Assembly (NCBI GenBank): GCA_964481045.1
Contig: CAYZSG010000008.1
Location: 18,956 to 50,955 of the forward strand
DNA length: 32,000 nt
DNA from: an uncultured Candidatus Odyssella sp.
Lineage (GTDB): Bacteria; Pseudomonadota; Alphaproteobacteria; Bin65
Direction of reading: 5' to 3'
Shown here in pieces: positions 8,751 to 19,751 of this stretch (position 1 is its first letter; every line of letters starts with the position of its first letter). Below the pieces are notes generated by a model. The model saw only the letters and a list, made by a program, of their open reading frames with translations, was not told where the DNA came from and ran no database searches. The translations under genes were made by a program, and so were the position numbers.

Positions 8751-9347
8751 ATGCATTCGCTTGCCCGCCAGTGCCTGCTTCCGCTCGCCTTGGTTGTCGC
8801 TTTCTCCGCCGAAGTCGCGGCCGAGAGTGCCTCCAAGGATTTCGTTTCGGCGCAGTACAAGTTCCGCTTCGCCTATCCCGCCAATGGCAAGCTCGAGGAG
8901 CGCACGGTGCCGGCGCGCGGCGGCCGCGCGGCAAGCTTCGAAGTGCGTCTCTCGGTGCCGGACGAGGAATTCCTCGGCTGCGTCGTCGAGGTGCACCCGC
9001 AAAGCCTGCCCGACGACGGCACTGGCAAGCCCAAGAACCTCCCGGCGCTGCTCAACGGCGTGAACGTGCCGGTGGCGCGGCGCGACCTCCAGCCGTTGCC
9101 GAATTCGCGTGTGGCGGTGACGGTCGCGCGCGAGATGGCGGCGCTCGGCGGCCAGCCGGCGCGGCGCATCGACGTGCTGATGGAAAACGCGCGCAGCGGC
9201 ACGCCCTACAGCCAGAGCCGCGAATTGCGCACGTTCCGGAGCTACGGTCGCGTTTCGCTGCGCTGCTATTCCGATCCCAAGAACGTCGATCTCGAACAGA
9301 CCCACAAGCTGCTCGACCGCATCGCCGCCGGCTTCCGCTTCCAGTAA
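8751..9347 (+). CDS. Hypothetical secreted protein
   Basis: Inner ATG of ORF 8493..9347. MHSLARQCLLPLALVVAFSAEVAAES looks like a Sec signal peptide. I recognise no motif. It lies on the opposite strand to the flanking queuosine genes. Confidence 0.55.
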   Translation: MHSLARQCLLPLALVVAFSAEVAAESASKDFVSAQYKFRFAYPANGKLEERTVPARGGRAASFEVRLSVPDEEFLGCVVEVHPQSLPDDGTGKPKNLPALLNGVNVPVARRDLQPLPNSRVAVTVAREMAALGGQPARRIDVLMENARSGTPYSQSRELRTFRSYGRVSLRCYSDPKNVDLEQTHKLLDRIAAGFRFQ

Positions 9348-9352
9348 CGCGC

Positions 9353-11514
<2,162 letters not shown>

Positions 11515-11586
11515 ACGCTAGCGCTTCCGCCCGCCGGTGCCTTTGCCCGCGCAACTGGCCGTGCACGGCACCCCTCCCCCCGCCGG

Positions 11587-11623
11587 TGTAGGCTTCTGTA
11601 GTCTTTTGTAGTCTTTTGTAGTC
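11587..11623. repeat. Tandem 10-bp repeat TGTAGTCTTT (2 perfect copies, a truncated third copy, and a degenerate copy TGTAGGCTTC upstream)
   Basis: Read directly: tgtaggcttc tgtagtcttt tgtagtcttt tgtagtc. It sits in the relatively AT-rich queA/hpnC divergent intergenic region. Confidence 0.85.
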
Positions 11624-11733
11624 ATCGATCCGTCCGTTTCCGCGTGCAGTGGGTATAGCATCGCCGTCTATCGCGTTTCGCGTTGCGGCCCGCGACGCAG
11701 TGTCCGCCGGGCCGCAGCCCGATGATTTAGTTC

Positions 11734-12681
11734 ATGTTTTGTTCTAATCAAGAGAACCCCGCCGCCTTGACAGGCCGCGCCCGCCGTTGTGTCTCGTCGC
11801 CCTTCATCGTACGCGCACGGACACCGACCTTGGCCACCGCCGCACCCACCGCCGAAACGCCGTCCGGCAAGGGCGCCGGGGACGAGAACTTCCCGGTCGG
11901 CTCATTCCTGCTGCCGAAGGCGCTGCGGCCGCGCGTGGCGATCTTCTACGCCTATGCGCGCGCGATCGACGATATCGCCGACAATCCCGAACTCTCCGCC
12001 GAGGAGAAGATCGCGCGCCTCGACGGCTTCGACCGCGCGCTGACCGGGGCCAGTGACGACCCCGCCTACGCCAAGGCGATCCGCGTGCGCGAGACGATGG
12101 CCGGCACCGGCGACATCATCCGCCATTGCCGCGACCTGATCCTCGCGTTCAAGCAGGACGCGGTGAAGCTGCGCTACAGGGACTGGGACGATTTGATGGG
12201 CTACTGCATCAAATCCGCCGCGCCCGTGGGCCGCTTCCTGCTGGATCTGCACGATTGCCCGCCGAGCGGCTATCCCGCTTCCGACGCGCTCTGCAACGCG
12301 CTCCAGGTCATCAACCACCTCCAGGATTGCAAGGAGGATTTCCGGCGGCTCAACCGCGTCTATCTGCCCGGCGATTGGCTGGCGGCGGAAGGCAGCGCGG
12401 TGGAGGATCTCGACCGCGCGGCGGCGACGCCGGGTCTGCGCCGCACGCTCGACCGCTGCCTCGACGGCACCGAGGCGCTGCTGCGCGAGGCGAAGACCTT
12501 GCCGGGCAAGCTTCCGAACCGGCGCCTCGCGATGGAATCGGCCGCGATCGTGAGCCTCGCCGAAAAGCTGACCGCGATGCTGCGCCGGCGCGACCCCGTG
12601 GCCGGGCGCGTGGCGCTGGGCAAGCCGGGCACCCTGTTGCACGCGCTGATCGGCGTGGCCCGCTACTGGCTCTGGCGCTGA
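11734..12681 (+). CDS. hpnC: Hydroxysqualene synthase HpnC (squalene/phytoene synthase family)
   Basis: GDENFPVGSFLLPKALRPRVAIFYAYARAIDDIADN is the first Asp-rich motif, and QDCKEDFRRLNRVYLPGDWL is the second. It lies next to hpnD, hpnE and shc. The start is uncertain: the ATG at 11734 lies in AT-rich, non-coding-looking sequence. The in-frame TTG at 11830 (ATAAPTAETPSGKG...) or the TTG at 11767 are alternatives. Confidence 0.85.
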   Translation: MFCSNQENPAALTGRARRCVSSPFIVRARTPTLATAAPTAETPSGKGAGDENFPVGSFLLPKALRPRVAIFYAYARAIDDIADNPELSAEEKIARLDGFDRALTGASDDPAYAKAIRVRETMAGTGDIIRHCRDLILAFKQDAVKLRYRDWDDLMGYCIKSAAPVGRFLLDLHDCPPSGYPASDALCNALQVINHLQDCKEDFRRLNRVYLPGDWLAAEGSAVEDLDRAAATPGLRRTLDRCLDGTEALLREAKTLPGKLPNRRLAMESAAIVSLAEKLTAMLRRRDPVAGRVALGKPGTLLHALIGVARYWLWR

Positions 12682-12682
12682 C

Positions 12683-13843
12683 GTGCTGACGATCCTTGCC
12701 GGCGCGGGGCTCGCCGCCTGGGCCTACCTCGTGCTGTTCCACGGCGGCTTCTGGCGCGCCGATCAGCGATTGCCGGCCGAATCGCAAGCGCCCGAGCAAT
12801 GGCCCGATGTTACGGCCGTCATCCCCGCGCGCGACGAGGCGCCGGTGATCGGCGGCGCGGTCGAAAGCCTGCTGCGGCAGGACTATCCCGGCAATTTGCG
12901 CGTGATCGTCGTGGACGATGCGAGCAGCGACGGCACCGCCGATGCGGCCCGCGCGGGCGCCGCGCGTGCCGGCGCAGACGACCGGCTCGCCATCGTTTCC
13001 GCGCCGCCGCTGCCGCCGGGGTGGAGCGGCAAGCTCTGGGCCGTGCACAATGGCGTGGCCGCAGCGCCGGCCGACCGGCGCTATGTGCTGCTCACTGACG
13101 CCGACATCGTGCATGCGCCCGATGCGCTGCGGCGGCTCGTGGCGAAGGCCGAGAGCGGACTCGATCTCGTTTCGCTGATGGTGCGGCTGCATTGCGCCAG
13201 TTTCGCCGAGCGGCTGCTGATCCCGGCCTTCGTGTTCTTCTTCCAGAAACTCTACCCGTTTCCGTGGGTCAACGACCGCGCGAAGCGCATGGCCGGGGCG
13301 GCCGGCGGCTGCATGCTGGTGCGGCGCGCGGCGCTCGAGCGCGCCGGCGGCATCGCGGCGGTGAAGGACGCGCTGATCGACGATTGCGCGCTGGCGGCGC
13401 TGCTCAAGAAGAACGGCCCGATCTGGCTCGGCCTCGCCGAGCGCACCGTCAGCGTGCGGCGCTACCCGCGGATCGCCGATGTCTGGCGCATGGTGGCGCG
13501 CACTGCCTACACGCAGCTTCGCCATTCGCCGTGGCTCGTGCTCGGCACGGTGCTCGGCATGGCGCTGCTCTACCTTGTGCCGCCGCTGGCGATGGTGCTG
13601 TGCCCGTTTGCCGGCGCCTGGCTCGCCGCCGCGCTGGGCGCCGCCGCCTTCGCGCTGATGCTGTACGCCTATCGCCCGACCTGGACGCTCTACCGGGGCG
13701 ACGATCCCGCGATCCTGCTGCTGCCGCTCGCCGCGCTGCTCTACACGGCGATGACCGTCGACTCGATGCGCCGCCACCTGCTCGGCAAGGGCGGCGCGTG
13801 GAAGGGCAGGACGTATGCGAGGCAGCGACCGGGCGCTTCCTAG
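12683..13843 (+). CDS. hpnB: Hopene-associated family-2 glycosyltransferase HpnB-like
   Basis: N-terminal TM helix followed by VTAVIPARDEAPVIGGAVESLLRQDYPGNLRVIVVDDASSDGT, PLPPGWSGKLWAV and LLTDADIVH. There are several C-terminal TM helices. The GTG start lies 1 nt after the hpnC stop (TGA 12679..12681). Confidence 0.75.
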   Translation: MLTILAGAGLAAWAYLVLFHGGFWRADQRLPAESQAPEQWPDVTAVIPARDEAPVIGGAVESLLRQDYPGNLRVIVVDDASSDGTADAARAGAARAGADDRLAIVSAPPLPPGWSGKLWAVHNGVAAAPADRRYVLLTDADIVHAPDALRRLVAKAESGLDLVSLMVRLHCASFAERLLIPAFVFFFQKLYPFPWVNDRAKRMAGAAGGCMLVRRAALERAGGIAAVKDALIDDCALAALLKKNGPIWLGLAERTVSVRRYPRIADVWRMVARTAYTQLRHSPWLVLGTVLGMALLYLVPPLAMVLCPFAGAWLAAALGAAAFALMLYAYRPTWTLYRGDDPAILLLPLAALLYTAMTVDSMRRHLLGKGGAWKGRTYARQRPGAS

Positions 13844-13861
13844 AAAGTCGGCAGCGTGCGT

Positions 13862-13985
13862 GCGTCCATCCTTCGAGGCCGCCGCAAGAGCGGCGGCACC
13901 TCAGGATGAGGCACTCTTTGCTCGATCAACCTCGGCCTCATCCTGAGGTGCGCGCCTTCTCGGGCGCGCCTCGAAGGATGGACGC
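13862..13985. repeat. Nested palindromic intergenic repeat element, copy 1 (MITE/REP-like)
   Basis: The outer 17-bp arms, gcgtccatccttcgagg (13862..13878) and cctcgaaggatggacgc (13969..13985), are perfect reverse complements. So are the inner 16-bp arms, cacctcaggatgaggc (13897..13912) and gcctcatcctgaggtg (13935..13950). Each half also carries its own GC hairpin: gccgccgc-aaga-gcggcggc, and cgcgcc-ttctcg-ggcgcg. Similarity to copy 2 continues for about 15-20 bp on both flanks. Confidence 0.9.
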
Positions 13986-14040
13986 GAACGAGACGCGCGA
14001 CTTCTAAAGCCTTCCCGTCGGCGCCGCGCGCCCCTAAAAC

Positions 14041-14907
14041 GTGCCCGTGACCAACACCCTCACCGCCACCGATTTCGAAGCGCGCGACCATGTGCACAAC
14101 GTGGTCGAGGCGTCGGGCACGTCGTTCATGCAGGGCATGCGCCTGCTGCCCGAGGAGCGGCGCGAGGGCATGTTCGCCGTCTATGCGTTCTGCCGCGAGA
14201 TCGACGACGTCGCCGACGAGCCGGCGCCCGTTGCCGACAAGATGACGCGCCTGCGCGAATGGCGGCGCGAGATCGAACGCATCTACGAAGGCAAGCCGCA
14301 GACGCTGACCGGCCGCGCGCTGCTGCCGATCGTGCGGGAATACGGCCTCGACCGCGCCGATTTCCTGGCACTCATCGACGGCATGGAGATGGACGCGGTG
14401 GAAGACATCCGCGCGCCCACCATCGCGCGGCTCGAGCTCTATTGCGACCGCGTCGCCGGCGCCGTGGGGCGGCTTTCGATCCGGGTCTTCGGCGCCGTCG
14501 AGCCGCAGGCGAAATCGGTGGCGCGGCATCTGGGCCAGGCGCTTCAGCTCACCAATATCCTGCGCGACCTGAAGGAAGACGCCGAGCACGGGCGGCTCTA
14601 CCTGCCCGCCGAGCTCCTCGACGCGAACAGCGTGAAGACGCGCGAGCCGTTCGAGGTCCTGCGCCATCCAGCGCTCGGCGCGATCTGCGCCGAAATCGCC
14701 GCGCGCGCGCGCCAGCACTATCAGGCGGCGGCCGAGGCGATGCGCAAATGCCGGCGCGGCCCGATGCGCCCGGCACGCGCAATGGGCGCCATCTACCGCG
14801 CCTATCTCGACGGCCTCGATCGCCGCGGCTGGACGAAGCTCGACGAGAAGGTGCGGCTCTCGAAGCTCAAAAAGGTTTGGATCGCGCTGCGCTACGGGCT
14901 GTTCTAG
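14041..14907 (+). CDS. hpnD: Presqualene diphosphate synthase HpnD (squalene/phytoene synthase family)
   Basis: ASGTSFMQGMRLLPEERREGMFAVYAFCREIDDVADE and LRDLKEDAEHGRLYLPAELL. The GTG start at 14041 has no clear SD, and the GTG at 14047 is also possible. Confidence 0.85.
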   Translation: MPVTNTLTATDFEARDHVHNVVEASGTSFMQGMRLLPEERREGMFAVYAFCREIDDVADEPAPVADKMTRLREWRREIERIYEGKPQTLTGRALLPIVREYGLDRADFLALIDGMEMDAVEDIRAPTIARLELYCDRVAGAVGRLSIRVFGAVEPQAKSVARHLGQALQLTNILRDLKEDAEHGRLYLPAELLDANSVKTREPFEVLRHPALGAICAEIAARARQHYQAAAEAMRKCRRGPMRPARAMGAIYRAYLDGLDRRGWTKLDEKVRLSKLKKVWIALRYGLF

Positions 14908-14953
14908 TGCGCGGGCGCTCGAGTGGCGGCATTGACGTGTCGACGCTGTGCTG

Positions 14954-15077
14954 GCGTCCATCCTTCGAGGCGGCCCCAGGTGGGGCCGCACCTCGGGATG
15001 AGGGCTATTTGTTCGAACAAGTAATGCCTCATCCTGAGGTGCCGCCGCTCTTTGCGGCGGCCTCGAAGGATGGTCGC
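14954..15077. repeat. Nested palindromic intergenic repeat element, copy 2
   Basis: gcgtccatccttcgagg (14954..14970) pairs with cctcgaaggatggtcgc (15061..15077) with 1 mismatch. cacctcgggatgaggg (14989..15004) pairs with gcctcatcctgaggtg (15026..15041) with 2 mismatches. The sub-hairpins are cggcccc-aggt-ggggccg and ccgccgc-tcttt-gcggcgg. The central loop contains the perfect palindrome ttgttcgaacaa. Confidence 0.9.
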
Positions 15078-15124
15078 AAGCGAGGCGCCGCCGAATCGTT
15101 CCGGCTGACTCGGCTGAAGCCGCT

Positions 15125-16390
15125 ATGACTCTCACGCCCTCATCCACCGTCCACGTCATCGGCGCCGGGGTCGCCGGGCTTTCGGCCGCGGTGCGCGCGT
15201 GCGAGGCGGGCGCGCGCGTGATCGTGCACGAGGCGGCGGGCCAGGCCGGCGGACGGTGCCGCTCGTTCCACGACGATCTGCTCGGCGCCGAGATCGACAA
15301 CGGCAATCACCTGCTGCTCTCGGGCAACCGTTCGGCAATGCGCTTCCTCGCGACTGTCGGCGCCGCGCGCGAATTGCTCGTGATGCCGACCGCGGCGATC
15401 CCGTTCCTCGATCTCGAGACCGGCGAGCGCTGGACCGTGCGGCCGAATGCCGGGCCGATCGGCTGGTGGATCTTCACGCCGGGCCGCCGTGTCGCCGGCA
15501 GCCGCGCTTCGCACTATCTCGCGGCCATCAGGCTGGCGCGCGCCGGCAACGCCAGCGTCGCCGATCTTTTCGGCCGGCAGACGCCGACCTTCCGCCGCTT
15601 CTGGGAGCCGCTGGCCGTGGCCGTGCTCAACACCGCCGCCGCCGAGGGCGCGGCAAAGCTGCTGTGGCCGGTGATGACCGAAACCATCGGGCGCGGCGCC
15701 GCCGCCGCCCGCCCCTGCATCGCGCGCGACGGGCTCTCCAAGGCATTCGTCGATCCCGCGCTGAAGTGGCTCGCCGCGCGCGGGGCCGAAATTCGCTTCA
15801 ACGACCGCCTGCGCGCGATGCGCATCGAAGACGGGCGCGCGGCGGCGCTCGCGTTCGGCGAAGGCGAAACGGCGCTGGGGCCGGACGACCGCGTGGTGCT
15901 GGCCGTGACGCCGCCGGTGGCGTCCTCGCTGCTGCCGGGGCTCGCGGTGCCCGACGATTTCCGGCCGATCGTGAACCTGCACTACAAGCTCGCGGCGCCC
16001 GCCGCGCTGCCGGGCGGCCTGCCGCTGCTCGGCCTCGTTGGCGGCACGGCGCAATGGCTGTTCGTGCGCGCGAACATCCTCTCGGTCACGATCAGCGCCG
16101 GCGAGCGCGAGGTGGATCAGTCGGCCGAAACCCTGACCGAAACGGTGTGGCGCGACATCGCGAAGGCACTGGCGCTCGGCAACGCGCCGCCGCCGCCCTG
16201 CCGCGTGGTGAAGGAGAAGCGTGCGACCTTCGCGCAGACGCCGGCGCAGGTGGCGAAACGGCCGAAAGCCAATGCCGGCCCGCGCAATCTCGTTCTCGCC
16301 GGCGACTGGACCGACACCGGCCTGCCGGCCACGATCGAAGGCGCGATCCGCTCGGGCGAGACCGCGGTCCAGGTGTTACGGAACGTATAA
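15125..16390 (+). CDS. hpnE: Hydroxysqualene dehydroxylase HpnE (FAD-dependent amine-oxidase-like oxidoreductase)
   Basis: N-terminal dinucleotide-binding fold VHVIGAGVAGLSAAVRACEAGARVIVHEAAGQAGGRCRSF, a C-terminal LAGDWTDTGLPATIEGAIRSG, and a position between hpnD and shc. Confidence 0.85.
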   Translation: MTLTPSSTVHVIGAGVAGLSAAVRACEAGARVIVHEAAGQAGGRCRSFHDDLLGAEIDNGNHLLLSGNRSAMRFLATVGAARELLVMPTAAIPFLDLETGERWTVRPNAGPIGWWIFTPGRRVAGSRASHYLAAIRLARAGNASVADLFGRQTPTFRRFWEPLAVAVLNTAAAEGAAKLLWPVMTETIGRGAAAARPCIARDGLSKAFVDPALKWLAARGAEIRFNDRLRAMRIEDGRAAALAFGEGETALGPDDRVVLAVTPPVASSLLPGLAVPDDFRPIVNLHYKLAAPAALPGGLPLLGLVGGTAQWLFVRANILSVTISAGEREVDQSAETLTETVWRDIAKALALGNAPPPPCRVVKEKRATFAQTPAQVAKRPKANAGPRNLVLAGDWTDTGLPATIEGAIRSGETAVQVLRNV

Positions 16391-16511
16391 CCCCGCGCGC
16401 AATTCGCGCGGCCGGACCGGCTTGACCGCGCCGAGGCCCGCGTTTATCTCAATCGCGCCCGGGCCTTACCCTGAGTGGAGGCCCGGTTCGCTTTTGCCGT
16501 ATTTTGACAGC

Positions 16512-18464
16512 ATGAACATCCACACCCCCCGCCCGGCCGAGCCCGACCTTGCGGCGCTCGATACGTTGATCGCCGAGCAGGCCGGCCGCCTCGAAGCCGA
16601 GCAGCGCGGCGACGGCCATTGGGTGTTCGAGCTCGAGGCCGACGCGACGATTCCGGCCGAATACATCCTCTATCGCCACTTCCTCGCCGAGATCGACGAC
16701 GCGTACACGCGCGACCTCGAACCGAAGATCGCGGTCTATCTCCGCCGCATCCAGGGCGCGCATGGCGGCTGGCCGCTGTTCCATGGCGGCGATTTCGACA
16801 TGAGCGCGTCGGTGAAGGCCTATTTCGCGCTGAAGGCCGCGGGCGATTCGCCGGACGCGCCGCACATGGCGCGCGCGCGCGCGGCGATCCTCGCGCGGGG
16901 CGGCGCCGAGCGCAGCAACGTATTCACCCGCTCGCTGCTGGCGCTGTGGGGCGAGGTGCCGTGGCGCGCCGTGCCGGCGATGCCGGTCGAGCTGATGCTG
17001 CTGCCGAAGTGGTTTCCGTTCCACCTGAGCAAGGTGTCGTACTGGTCGCGCACGGTGATCGTGCCGCTCGTCGTGCTGATGGCGCTGAAGCCGCGCGCGA
17101 AGAACCCCAAGGGCATCCGCATCGCCGAGCTCTTCCAGCAGCCGCCCGAGAGCGTCCGCGACTGGCACAAGAATCCGACCGGGCGCTTCGCCGGCAACGT
17201 GCTGCTGAAGCTCGACCGGGTGTTCCGCGCGCTCGAGCCGGCAATGCGCGGTCGACGCCGCCGGCGCGCGATCAAGCGCGCGATGGATTTCGTCGAGGAG
17301 CGCCTGAACGCCGCGGACGGCCTCGGCGGCATCTTCCCGGCGATGGTCAACGCCGTGCTGGCGATGGAAGCGCTCGGCTACGCCAAGGACGATCCGCGCC
17401 TCGTCACCGCGAAGAAGGCCGTGGACGGCCTGCTCATCGAGAAGGAGCGCGAGGCCTATTGCCAGCCCTGCGTTTCGCCGGTGTGGGACACCGGCCTCGC
17501 CGCGCTGGCGATGATGGAAGCCAAGAACGAGCGCGAGAGCCCGATGATGGCGAAATGCGCCGACTGGCTGCTCGAGCGCGAGATCAAGGACGTGAAGGGC
17601 GACTGGTCGTGGCAACGCCCCGGCCTGGCGCCCGGCGGCTGGGCGTTCCAGTACCGCAACGACTACTATCCGGACGTCGACGACACCGCCGTGGTGGCGA
17701 TGGCGCTCGACCGCATGAACGATCCGCGCGCCAAGGCCGCGATCCAGCGCGCCGAAGCGTGGATCCTCGGCATGCAGAGCAAGAACGGCGGCTGGGGCTC
17801 GTTCGACGCCGACAACGACAAGTATTACCTCAACAACATCCCGTTCGCCGATCACGGCGCGCTGCTCGATCCGCCGACCGCCGACGTGAGCGGCCGCTGC
17901 CTCGCGATGCTCGCGCAGCTCGGCTACAAGAAGACCCATCCGGCCGTCGCGCGCGCGATCGAGTATCTCAAGAACGAGCAGGAGGCGGACGGCTCGTGGT
18001 TCGGCCGCTGGGGCACGAATTACGTTTACGGCACCTGGTCGGTGCTGACCGCGCTCAACGCCGTCGGCGAGGATCCGCAGCAGCCCTACATCCAGAAGGC
18101 GATCGCGTGGCTGAAATCGCGTCAGCGCGGCGATGGCGGATGGGGCGAGGACGGCGCCACCTATTGGCAGGAGCGCCGCGCCGAGGCGAAGGAAAGCACG
18201 CCCTCGCAGACGGCGTGGGCGACCTTGGCGCTGATGGCCGCCGGCGCCATCGACGACGAGGCCGTCGCGCGCGGCATCGCCTATCTCCAGGACGCGCCGC
18301 GCGAGGGCGTTCGCTGGAAGGAAGAGTGGTACACGGCGGTCGGCTTCCCGCGCGTGTTCTATCTCCGCTATCACGGCTACGCGGCCTATTTCCCGCTCTG
18401 GGCGCTGGCGCGCTATCGCAACCTGAAGCGCCGCAACGCGCGCTCTGTCTCCTGGGGCCTCTGA
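16512..18464 (+). CDS. shc: Squalene-hopene cyclase
   Basis: The catalytic DxDDTA motif (YYPDVDDTAVVAMAL), repeated QW motifs (QGAHGGWP, QSKNGGWG, QEADGSWFGRWG, QRGDGGWGE), and the N-terminal GDGHWVFELEADATIPAEYIL. The inner ATG at 16512 (MNIHTPRP) is in frame with track ORF 16221..18464. The upstream part of that ORF overlaps hpnE and is not credible. Confidence 0.95.
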   Translation: MNIHTPRPAEPDLAALDTLIAEQAGRLEAEQRGDGHWVFELEADATIPAEYILYRHFLAEIDDAYTRDLEPKIAVYLRRIQGAHGGWPLFHGGDFDMSASVKAYFALKAAGDSPDAPHMARARAAILARGGAERSNVFTRSLLALWGEVPWRAVPAMPVELMLLPKWFPFHLSKVSYWSRTVIVPLVVLMALKPRAKNPKGIRIAELFQQPPESVRDWHKNPTGRFAGNVLLKLDRVFRALEPAMRGRRRRRAIKRAMDFVEERLNAADGLGGIFPAMVNAVLAMEALGYAKDDPRLVTAKKAVDGLLIEKEREAYCQPCVSPVWDTGLAALAMMEAKNERESPMMAKCADWLLEREIKDVKGDWSWQRPGLAPGGWAFQYRNDYYPDVDDTAVVAMALDRMNDPRAKAAIQRAEAWILGMQSKNGGWGSFDADNDKYYLNNIPFADHGALLDPPTADVSGRCLAMLAQLGYKKTHPAVARAIEYLKNEQEADGSWFGRWGTNYVYGTWSVLTALNAVGEDPQQPYIQKAIAWLKSRQRGDGGWGEDGATYWQERRAEAKESTPSQTAWATLALMAAGAIDDEAVARGIAYLQDAPREGVRWKEEWYTAVGFPRVFYLRYHGYAAYFPLWALARYRNLKRRNARSVSWGL

Positions 18465-18718
18465 GCCCGGCCGATTGGCCATCAGGCCTAGCGCGCGGCC
18501 GATGCACGCGTCGCGCCGATGTGATAAAGAAGCGCCTCCCGGCTCCGACGCGGGCACCGTCGGCTGCTCAAGGGATTTCATAAGAGAAGTCGCCGGCAGC
18601 GATCCGGCACCATCGGCTTGAACACGAAACGGCGATCGGGCCCAGGCGCCGGATCGCGCCTCGGAGGATTTCCGGTGCCGGCGGGCCGCGCCCGCTCGCG
18701 CCCATTGCGGGGAACGAC

Positions 18719-19699
18719 ATGGGCAAGTCTGCTTCGATTCCGGCGCCAGCCGCGTTTTTGCGCAAGCGGGCGGCGGCGCTCAGCCACGCGCTTCTCGGAT
18801 TGATCGCGGCGGCGCTGTTGGCGCCCGCGGCTTCCGCCGAGATGCAGGTGCGGACGATCGCCGTCGGCGGCGTCGCGCGCGACTACCTTCTCTATGCACC
18901 GGCAATGCGCTCGGTTGCGGCGGATGGCGGCGTGCCGCTGGTGGTGGCGCTGCATGGCGGCAACGCGGTGGCCGACATGATGAGCCTCTATTCCCGTTTC
19001 AATGAAATCGCCGCGCGCGAGCAGTTCGCCGTCGCCTATCCCTACGGCGTCGGCCGCTGGTGGAACGACGGACGCCACTACGATGGCCGAGCGGAAAGCA
19101 GCGCCGACGACGTGGCGTTCATGCGTGCGCTCGTCGCCGACGCGGGCGCGCAGATCAAGATCGACCGGAGGCGCGTGTTCGCGACCGGTATATCGAACGG
19201 CGGCTTCATGAGCTTCCGCCTCGCCTGCGAAGCCGCGGACCTGTTCGCGGCGGTGGCGACCGTGGCCGCGACGATGCCGGCCGAGCTCGGCACGCGCTGC
19301 CGGCCCGCGAAGCCGGTGCCGGTGCTGCTGATCCACGGCACGGCCGACGCGCTCGTTCCCTACATCGGCGGCCATGCGCGGACCGGGAGCACGCTGCGCG
19401 GCACGATCTGGTCCGCCGACCGCAGCATCGCGTTCTGGGCCGCGCGCAATGGCTGCCCCGGCGCGCCGGCGACGCGCGTGCTGCCCGACCTCGACCCGGC
19501 GGATGGCTCGCGCGTGATCGAATCGGACTACCGCGGCTGCGCGGGCGCGCCGGCGGCGCTGCTGCGCATCGAGGGCGGCGGGCACACCTGGCCCGGCGGC
19601 GTGCAGATCCTGCCCACGGCGATGCTCGGCACGACCAACCGCGATATCGACGCGAGCGAAGCGATCTGGCGCTTCTTCAAGGCGGCGCCGGCGCGCTAG
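18719..19699 (+). CDS. Secreted alpha/beta-hydrolase esterase (polyhydroxybutyrate-depolymerase / LpqC-like family)
   Basis: Signal peptide LLGLIAAALLAPAASAEM, followed by PLVVALHGG, the nucleophile elbow GISNGG, LLIHGTAD and GGGHTWPGG. This order is typical of COG3509-type esterases. Confidence 0.75.
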   Translation: MGKSASIPAPAAFLRKRAAALSHALLGLIAAALLAPAASAEMQVRTIAVGGVARDYLLYAPAMRSVAADGGVPLVVALHGGNAVADMMSLYSRFNEIAAREQFAVAYPYGVGRWWNDGRHYDGRAESSADDVAFMRALVADAGAQIKIDRRRVFATGISNGGFMSFRLACEAADLFAAVATVAATMPAELGTRCRPAKPVPVLLIHGTADALVPYIGGHARTGSTLRGTIWSADRSIAFWAARNGCPGAPATRVLPDLDPADGSRVIESDYRGCAGAPAALLRIEGGGHTWPGGVQILPTAMLGTTNRDIDASEAIWRFFKAAPAR

Positions 19700-19751
19700 G
19701 CCGCGTTCCGTTCCGGGGAACCGGCGAGGATGCTCGCCCGTTTCCCCGTTC

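Noticed and set aside
12350-15306. Long minus-strand ORFs (12350..13777, 475 aa; 13840..15306, 488 aa) antisense to hpnB and hpnD
   Set aside because: They are antisense shadows. The plus frames carry clear GT2 and squalene-synthase-family motifs. The 488-aa ORF also runs straight through both palindromic repeats, which is why it contains the HPEVR/RRMDA-type peptides.
16221-16511. N-terminal 97-aa extension of the shc ORF
   Set aside because: It overlaps the 3' end of hpnE in another frame and is Arg/Pro-rich. Cyclase homology begins right after the ATG at 16512.
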